From assembly GCA_963661055.1 (NCBI GenBank), contig CAVLAC010000001.1, positions 1-42,719 on the forward strand: a stretch of 42,719 bases of DNA, written 5' to 3'. This DNA is from a bacterium. GTDB lineage: Bacteria; Verrucomicrobiota; Kiritimatiellia; RFP12; UBA1067. This document shows, piece after piece, positions 37,600 to 42,719 of the stretch. Position 1 is the stretch's first letter, and each line of letters opens with the position of its first letter. Under the pieces are notes generated by a model. It searched no databases. It saw nothing but the letters and a program-made list of their open reading frames with translations, and was not told the origin of the DNA. The position numbers were made by a program, and so were the translations under genes.

Positions 37600-39257
37600 C
37601 AGTTATTATTTGAGTTTACTTCAATAAATGGGATATTTATATTCACTTTTGAAGTGACATTCGTACGTTGCGGGTCAGCATACTGCTCTTCAAGCCCACG
37701 CATATCAAGCGACTGCATACCTTCCGCCATTCGTGCGCCACGATCACCTGGCTCTTGGCGAATCTCATCCGTATAAAGACGCCCTAACACCGCATTCTTC
37801 GGCAACCCAGCATCTTTACGGATGTTTTTCGGATCAATTAAGCCCACCGTAACGAAAACGATAATTTCTGTCTGCTTCTTAATGCGAGTACGCGAACCGA
37901 AAAGACGAGGTCCAATCCACCACCAATCGCGAAGCCAAGGAATGCCGCTATCCACTTGCTGTTCAACCGTGCGCGAAAGCCCACCAATTACAGCTGTGGT
38001 CTCACTCGCCATATTAAACTCAGTAATCAAGCGTTGAACATTAATGACAGGATATTTTGCTGAATAAGTGGAATCACTAGAAGAGGAAGATTTAGACGAA
38101 GAGGCTTCATCTGTACTCGCTGTAACATAATCCGTGCAGTCGCTAATAGTCGGAACAATTTGAACATTGATAAGTCCGTTTGTACCAATGCGCGGCGTTA
38201 CTTCCAATGAAATACCCCAGCTAAAGAACGCTTCCTTAGCGAACATAAACTTATCCTCGCCAGGAATTTGCGCCATCTTCATATCAAGATCGGTAGAGAG
38301 CTGATTATTGGAAGAAAGTGTCTTTTTCGCGGCAATTGTGACATTTGGATACTTTGTTGTCATATCCACCGTTGCCTTCTTGCCAGAAGTAACAATAATC
38401 TTCGGATTCGAGAATGTTCGCGCATCTTCACTCGTTTCCAATGCCCTCAAAATGACATACAATTCACTCATACCAATCGTGGCATTGAGATGGGAAAGAT
38501 TTGCTGCATTGCCATTAGGTGAGGCTGTTGCGCTGTCAATTGTATAGGTATCACTTGATGAATCATAGGTTGAGACGCCTTTAAACCGCCGCGTATTGTA
38601 ACCAGCATCAAGTCCCATAGAGCCGCGCATACCGTCCAACATCTGCCAATCAATACCGAGCTTATGAGAGGCGTTATTTGAAAGTTCTACAAAACGGGCT
38701 TCGATGTACACTTGTTGAGGCTCAATATCAATCTCATCTACGATATGTTGGCAAGTATCGAGCACCATCTGGGGGGCAGTCACCATAACCGCATTCGCCT
38801 CAGGGAACGCCTGCGCCATTTTGGAGACCTTCCAAGCCGTACCAAAGTCTCCGCTCCAAGTCGCGTTAAACTTTTCGGCAACTTCCTCGGCATTAGCGTG
38901 GGCAAGCCTAAAGACACGAGTAGAAATCCGCCGCTGGTCAAGGGCATCTTCCGCAATCTTCGCCGCCCGCGCCTCAGCCTCCAAACGCGCCGCTTCACTG
39001 CCGCGAGCCGTCGCTTCTAGCCGCGCCTGCTCCACCGCATTCGACGCCGCCACACGAATCGCCGCCTCAACTGCCGCGTCCACCCCCGTAGTTAGGGGGT
39101 CCGCAACTGCCGCGTCCGCAGCCAAATTCGCCGTATCATTCGTGACGACGAGTACAACGGGGTCTTTTACGAGATTAACCCCCTCATCCGCCTCAGGGAC
39201 GATAGAGGCTTTTGCCGCGCTCATCGCGGCAAATAGGCTAAGCGCGGCAATTATCAT
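37599..39257 (-). CDS. Secretin (type II/III secretion system / PilQ family outer-membrane channel)
   Basis: 552 aa. Signal peptide, Ala/Glu-rich N-terminal helix and secretin C-domain (VIGGLSRTVEQQVDSGIPWLRD...EIIVFVTVGLIDP). Contains a Ser-rich insert SSSKSSSSSDS. Confidence 0.8.
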   Translation of the reverse strand: MIIAALSLFAAMSAAKASIVPEADEGVNLVKDPVVLVVTNDTANLAADAAVADPLTTGVDAAVEAAIRVAASNAVEQARLEATARGSEAARLEAEARAAKIAEDALDQRRISTRVFRLAHANAEEVAEKFNATWSGDFGTAWKVSKMAQAFPEANAVMVTAPQMVLDTCQHIVDEIDIEPQQVYIEARFVELSNNASHKLGIDWQMLDGMRGSMGLDAGYNTRRFKGVSTYDSSSDTYTIDSATASPNGNAANLSHLNATIGMSELYVILRALETSEDARTFSNPKIIVTSGKKATVDMTTKYPNVTIAAKKTLSSNNQLSTDLDMKMAQIPGEDKFMFAKEAFFSWGISLEVTPRIGTNGLINVQIVPTISDCTDYVTASTDEASSSKSSSSSDSTYSAKYPVINVQRLITEFNMASETTAVIGGLSRTVEQQVDSGIPWLRDWWWIGPRLFGSRTRIKKQTEIIVFVTVGLIDPKNIRKDAGLPKNAVLGRLYTDEIRQEPGDRGARMAEGMQSLDMRGLEEQYADPQRTNVTSKVNINIPFIEVNSNNN

Positions 39258-39802
39258 ACGTTCATCAACCCTGCGAGGAAGGAGTCCTTGGCTTGCACTT
39301 CGTCAGGCGTGAGCCCCTCAATTTCGTGGGGGAAGACAATCCAGTCATTGCCGACATCCTTCACAAAGTAATCGGGCTTAATCTCGGTGATATTCTTCTC
39401 AGGCTTCCAGTAGACACAAGCCATACGCATTTCCGCGCCTGTCTCATTGATGCGGTTCTTGACCGCACGCGCCGTTTTGCCAGTATCAAAGACATCATCG
39501 ACGACAAGGACCTTATCGCCCTTACGCATCATCGCGAAGATTTCCTCGCCGAGCGTAAAGATGACTTCACCCTTATTTTCACCAATTCCCGTATAACTCG
39601 CGCATTTTAGTGGAATATGTTGCACATTCCACCCAACCGCACGAAAATACTCGTGGATAGAAACACCAACTGCCGCGCCACCCCGCCAAAGCGCAATGAG
39701 CAAATCAGGCTTCCATCCCGACTGCTTAACCGCCGCGGCTAAACGCCAAGAGTCCCTCTGGAACTCATTGGCGCTTAAATAGTGCTTCGCAACTTCTGAC
39801 AT
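39254..39802 (-). CDS. Purine phosphoribosyltransferase (Gpt/Hpt-like)
   Basis: 182 aa with the PRPP loop VLVVDDVFDTGKTA and Gpt-like topology. Substrate not assignable. Confidence 0.7.
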   Translation of the reverse strand: MSEVAKHYLSANEFQRDSWRLAAAVKQSGWKPDLLIALWRGGAAVGVSIHEYFRAVGWNVQHIPLKCASYTGIGENKGEVIFTLGEEIFAMMRKGDKVLVVDDVFDTGKTARAVKNRINETGAEMRMACVYWKPEKNITEIKPDYFVKDVGNDWIVFPHEIEGLTPDEVQAKDSFLAGLMNV

Positions 39803-39822
39803 TCTATTGCCGCCCTTCTCTA

Positions 39823-40863
39823 TTAGTTCTTGTAGGTGACGACACCCTTGCCCTTACGGACCACGCCGATAATCGAGTAAGGCTGCTTCTGTCCCTTGAG
39901 CGCCGATTCCACCGTCTTCAAGTCGCGCTTGCCGACAATGAGGACGAAACCGATGCCCATATTAAAGACGCGATACATTTCGTCACGGTCGACCTTGCCC
40001 TGATTCTGAATGAACTTGAAGATGGTCGGCACTTCCCATGTCGAGCGGTCAATTTCCGCATTGCAGACCTTAGGAAGGACGCGCGGGATGTTGTCGGGGA
40101 AGCCACCACCCGTGATGTGCGCCATGCCGTGAATCTTGACCTTGCGCTCCATAATCTTCATTACGGGCTTCAAGAAGCTGCGGTGCACCGCGAGAAGTGC
40201 GTCGCCGAAAGTCTGATTCGTGCCAGGAACCTTATCCTGCCACGAATAACCACACAAATCGAAAATGACGCGGCGGGCGAGCGAATAGCCGTTCGTCTGA
40301 AGTCCGCCTGAGGGCAAGCCAATAATGACATCTCCCGCACGAATGGACTTGCCCGTCACCAAATCATTGCGCGAGACGTGCCCGACGATGGTGCCGACGA
40401 GGTCATATTCGCCGAGCGGATACAGCCCTGGCATTTCCGCCGTCTCACCGCCGAGAAGCGCCATCTTATTTTCCTTGCACGCTTTGCAGAGTCCCGCGAC
40501 AACTTGGCTAAACTGCCGCGCATCAAACTTCGCCGCGCCCACATAGTCCATAAAGAAGAGCGGCTTTGCACCCTGCACGAGGATGTCGTTGACGCAGTGA
40601 TTAACAATGTCTTGTCCGACGGTATCGTGCTTATTCATCATGCACGCAATCTTGAGCTTCGTGCCTACGCCGTCCGTCGAAGCGACGAGGAGCTGATCCT
40701 TGCCCGCTGGCACTCTGTGAAGTCCGCCAAAGGAACCAATGCTCCCAATGACACTCTGGGTCTTCGTGCTATTCACCATTGACTTAATCGCGGTGAGAGC
40801 AGCCATCTTATTGTCGATATTCACGCCAGACTGGGCGTATGCGGACTTCTTTTCGGGTATCAT
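39823..40863 (-). CDS. purM: Phosphoribosylformylglycinamidine cyclo-ligase (AIR synthase)
   Basis: 346 aa with DGVGTKLKIA and GAKPLFFMDY motifs. Confidence 0.93.
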   Translation of the reverse strand: MIPEKKSAYAQSGVNIDNKMAALTAIKSMVNSTKTQSVIGSIGSFGGLHRVPAGKDQLLVASTDGVGTKLKIACMMNKHDTVGQDIVNHCVNDILVQGAKPLFFMDYVGAAKFDARQFSQVVAGLCKACKENKMALLGGETAEMPGLYPLGEYDLVGTIVGHVSRNDLVTGKSIRAGDVIIGLPSGGLQTNGYSLARRVIFDLCGYSWQDKVPGTNQTFGDALLAVHRSFLKPVMKIMERKVKIHGMAHITGGGFPDNIPRVLPKVCNAEIDRSTWEVPTIFKFIQNQGKVDRDEMYRVFNMGIGFVLIVGKRDLKTVESALKGQKQPYSIIGVVRKGKGVVTYKN

Positions 40864-40904
40864 TAGCTTTAACCTTAAATCAGATTTTGACTTTGAAATG
40901 AGAG

Positions 40905-40948
40905 ATTAAGGAGGCGCGCGGGAGAATCCCCTACGCGCACTCCTTAAT
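40905..40948 (-). terminator. Long imperfect hairpin downstream of fba, candidate intrinsic terminator
   Basis: Outer 9-bp stem ATTAAGGAG/CTCCTTAAT plus inner GCGCG/CGCGC and GGG/CCC pairs. On the minus strand it is followed by TCTCTCATTTC. Confidence 0.45.
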
Positions 40949-40956
40949 AGCGCCCC

Positions 40957-41955
40957 TTAGAGCTTGTTGTTCGAGCCAAGAACCTTCACAATCTTGTGGA
41001 TGTAAAGCTTCTTCATCTCTTCGCGAGCCGGCCCGAGGTACTGACGCGGGTCGAACTGCTCGGGATGTTCCGCGAAGTGCTTGCGGATTGCCGCCGTCAT
41101 CGCGAGACGCGAGTCGCTGTCGATGTTAATCTTGCAAACCGCGCTCTTAGCGGCCTTACGAAGCTGCGCTTCAGGAATGCCAACGGCGTCCGGGAGCTTA
41201 CCACCATTCGCGTTGATGATGTCCACATATTCCTGCGGAACGCTCGACGAACCGTGAAGGACGATCGGGAAGCCCGGGAGCTTCTTCTCAACAGCCTTCA
41301 AAACATCAAAAGCGAGCGGCGGCGGGATGAGCTTGCCCGTCTTGGGATCGCGTGTGCACTGCTCGGGCTTGAACTTGTACGCACCGTGGCTCGTGCCAAT
41401 CGAAATCGCGAGCGAATCGCAACCCGTCTTCTGCGCGAACTCAATGACTTCCTCAGGCTTGGTGTAGTGCGACTCTTCCGAGGCGACTTCATCCTCAACA
41501 CCCGCGAGAACGCCGAGCTCCGCCTCAACCGTCACATCGTGCTTGTGAGCGTAGTTGACGACCTTCTTCGTGAGCTTGATGTTCTCTTCGAACGGAAGCG
41601 AACTGCCGTCAATCATAACCGAGCTGAAGCCCGTATCAATGCAGCTCTTGCAAGTCTCAAAGCTGTCACCGTGGTCGAGGTGAAGGACGATTTGGGGCTT
41701 CTTGCAGCCGAGTTCCTTAGCATACGCGACAGCACCCTCAGCCATATAGCGAAGAATCGTCGGGTTAGCATACTTACGCGCACCCTTCGAAACCTGCATA
41801 ATGACGGGAGACTTCGTCTCGACTGCCGCTTGAATGATCGCCTGCATCTGCTCCATCGTGTTGAAGTTGAACGCAGGGATCGCATAACCGCCCTTGACGG
41901 CCTTTGCGAACATCTTCTTGGTATTGACTAGACCAAGATCTTTGTAGCTGACCAT
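40957..41955 (-). CDS. fba: Class II fructose-1,6-bisphosphate aldolase
   Basis: 332 aa. Zn-binding region LHLDHG and a class II aldolase sequence throughout (ISIGTSHGAYKF, VLHGSSSVPQE). Confidence 0.92.
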   Translation of the reverse strand: MVSYKDLGLVNTKKMFAKAVKGGYAIPAFNFNTMEQMQAIIQAAVETKSPVIMQVSKGARKYANPTILRYMAEGAVAYAKELGCKKPQIVLHLDHGDSFETCKSCIDTGFSSVMIDGSSLPFEENIKLTKKVVNYAHKHDVTVEAELGVLAGVEDEVASEESHYTKPEEVIEFAQKTGCDSLAISIGTSHGAYKFKPEQCTRDPKTGKLIPPPLAFDVLKAVEKKLPGFPIVLHGSSSVPQEYVDIINANGGKLPDAVGIPEAQLRKAAKSAVCKINIDSDSRLAMTAAIRKHFAEHPEQFDPRQYLGPAREEMKKLYIHKIVKVLGSNNKL

Positions 41956-42000
41956 GTATAACTCCTTAGTATTTTACCCTTCTTCGGGGATTTGCTCAAG

Positions 42001-42029
42001 ATTATACCAAAAATAGCCCCACCATTCAA
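42001..42029 (-). promoter_or_regulatory. fba promoter (TTGAAT-17 nt-TGGTATAAT)
   Basis: The reverse complement is TTGAATGGTGGGGCTATTTTTGGTATAAT. The -10 lies 45 nt upstream of the ATG at 41955. An AAGGAG Shine-Dalgarno is present. Confidence 0.6.
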
Positions 42030-42103
42030 GCAGATTGTTCAGAAAGTGTGGTTTTCACCTTCTTTTGGTATTTTTTACCATCTTTCAGTTATTGTTTTAA
42101 CCG

Positions 42104-42135
42104 TGTAGAAATGTAGAGTTGTAGAATGGTAGGGC
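42104..42135. repeat. 8-bp tandem repeat x4 (TGTAGAAA / TGTAGAGT / TGTAGAAT / GGTAGGGC)
   Basis: Read directly from the sequence. It abuts an 8-bp GC hairpin GGCGGGCA-gtccct-TGCCCGCC at 42133-42154. Confidence 0.7.
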
Positions 42136-42180
42136 GGGCAGTCCCTTGCCCGCCGCGTATAAGAGGTTAACAATTCCACT

Positions 42181-42204
42181 CTTCAACTTCAACTTGAACT
42201 TCAA
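42181..42204. repeat. 6-bp tandem repeat x4 (CTTCAA CTTCAA CTTGAA CTTCAA)
   Basis: Read directly from the sequence. Confidence 0.8.
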
Positions 42205-42206
42205 CT

Positions 42207-42321
42207 CTCTCTGTGACTCTGTGCCTCTGTGTTTAAAACATACCCACACCCAAGCCCCGAAGGGGCTCTCTAAAATCTCTCTGCGAGCTCTGCGCCTCTG
42301 CGTGAGATAAACCCACCACCC
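42207..42321. repeat. Two ~45-nt related modules 70 bp apart (CTCTCTGYGASCTCTGYGCCTCTGYG...ACCCACMACCC)
   Basis: Module A is 42207-42251 and module B is 42277-42321. Between them lies the small hairpin AGCCCC-gaa-GGGGCT (42253-42267). Confidence 0.7.
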
Positions 42322-42371
42322 ATTTCTCATTTTAACTTTTTCAATCGCTGTTTTTTGCCGCGCTAAAAATA

Positions 42372-42441
42372 TTTCTAGGCTTTCTAGAACTTCTAGCTTC
42401 TCTAGCCTAGAACTTCTAGCCAAATCTAGCCCTTCTAGAAT
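42372..42441. repeat. Array of 8 CTAG-centred motifs (consensus TTCTAGMM) with ~9-bp period
   Basis: CTAG at 42375, 42384, 42393, 42402, 42407, 42416, 42426 and 42435. Followed by the AT-rich core CTTATATATATACCTTATAAG (42446-42466). Confidence 0.85.
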
Positions 42442-42480
42442 CGCCCTTATATATATACCTTATAAGCAACGCTTTTTTCA

Positions 42481-42508
42481 CCTCTAGAACGACTAGAAAA
42501 TCTAGCCC
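42481..42508. repeat. Second array of 3 CTAG-centred motifs with 9-bp period
   Basis: CTAG at 42484, 42493 and 42502. Two further copies lie at 42676 and 42684. Confidence 0.8.
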
Positions 42509-42719
42509 CATACCCCCACACTTTTGACCCCCAAAATCACCCCTCGCCGACCACCCCCAAAAACGCTCCAAAATCGTCCATTTTGAGACACCTCGAAAAT
42601 CTCGATTCTGAGAGGGGTTTAGGAGTGGGGGCTATCACCCTACACAAAAACTCTTCGGAGCCCGCTACGAGCCTCCTAGACCCCTAGAAACGCGTTTTTA
42701 GAAGCGACCTCCGCCGCAA

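Noticed and set aside
42097-42423. 108-aa minus-strand ORF at the right end.
   Set aside because: Its translation is the read-through of the tandem repeats (LEKLEVLESLE from the CTAG array, KFKLKLK from CTTCAA, RRRARRE and GTESQRE from the CTCTGCG modules). It has no start context or homology. I treat it as non-coding.
42372-42508. Possible CRISPR array (regular short repeats). The same was considered for 17768-17841.
   Set aside because: Repeat periods are 9 bp and 21 bp, with no unique spacers of CRISPR size. The repeats are far shorter than CRISPR repeats, and no cas genes are present.
1-42719. The abundant 10-mer as a Chi-like or KOPS-like strand-polar element.
   Set aside because: Such elements are strongly skewed to one strand per replichore. 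Here the two orientations occur 15:9 (13:5 for the variant), only a modest skew that also tracks the coding-strand bias. This is not excluded, but it is less consistent than an orientation-neutral word.
41956-42719. Confident call of the chromosomal origin (oriC).
   Set aside because: I could not find clustered DnaA boxes close to TTATCCACA, only weak partial matches such as TGTGGTTTT near 42046. The flanking gene to the right is unseen. It is kept as one hypothesis within the repeat-mosaic finding, not as a feature call.

Overview
This is a 42.7-kb chromosomal segment. By eye it is GC-rich (high 50s %), with two visibly AT-richer patches. Gene content suggests a PVC-group bacterium (Lentisphaerae, Kiritimatiellia or Verrucomicrobia-like): LL-DAP aminotransferase DapL, GatCA, a prepilin-type N-terminal protein and an orphan secretin. 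That assignment is inference only. I call 40 CDS. 38 are on the minus strand with tiny or overlapping junctions, and they are mostly housekeeping genes: prepilin peptidase, gpsA, ribBA, pyrE, an ExbB/ExbD-like pair, era, a fused rpiB-glyA, mlaFED, pcnB, priA, pgsA, gatCA, tolB, argJ, gltA, arfB, nadB, dapL, purM and fba. The only full-length plus-strand gene is a SWIM-SNF2 helicase. RNA genes are tRNA-Arg(CCT), tRNA-Arg(TCT) and tmRNA (tag ANNDYALAA), in one minus-strand cluster. I found no rRNA, CRISPR array, transposase or integrase. Four signals seem most worth a second look. (1) The 10-mer AAGTGCCGCG/CGCGGCACTT occurs at least 24 times, or about 1 per kb if the variant AACTGCCGCG is included. 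It behaves like an uptake-signal-type genomic word, but could also be extreme Ala-Ala codon-context bias. (2) A low-GC two-gene islet (class II Fic-wHTH plus an HU-like/DUF4469-like protein) lies next to the tRNA/tmRNA cluster. It is bracketed by a perfect 32-bp direct repeat that is itself a complete promoter, and a 21-bp-periodic palindromic operator-like array sits upstream of it. (3) More than 760 bp of non-coding sequence at the right end is a mosaic of short tandem repeats, dominated by 9-bp-periodic CTAG motifs flanking a TATATATA core. (4) There are two unusual domain fusions (RpiB-SHMT, and cytidylyltransferase-GHMP kinase) and a B12-radical-SAM enzyme with a CX4CX2C motif. All coordinates and counts come from manual reading and should be recomputed.
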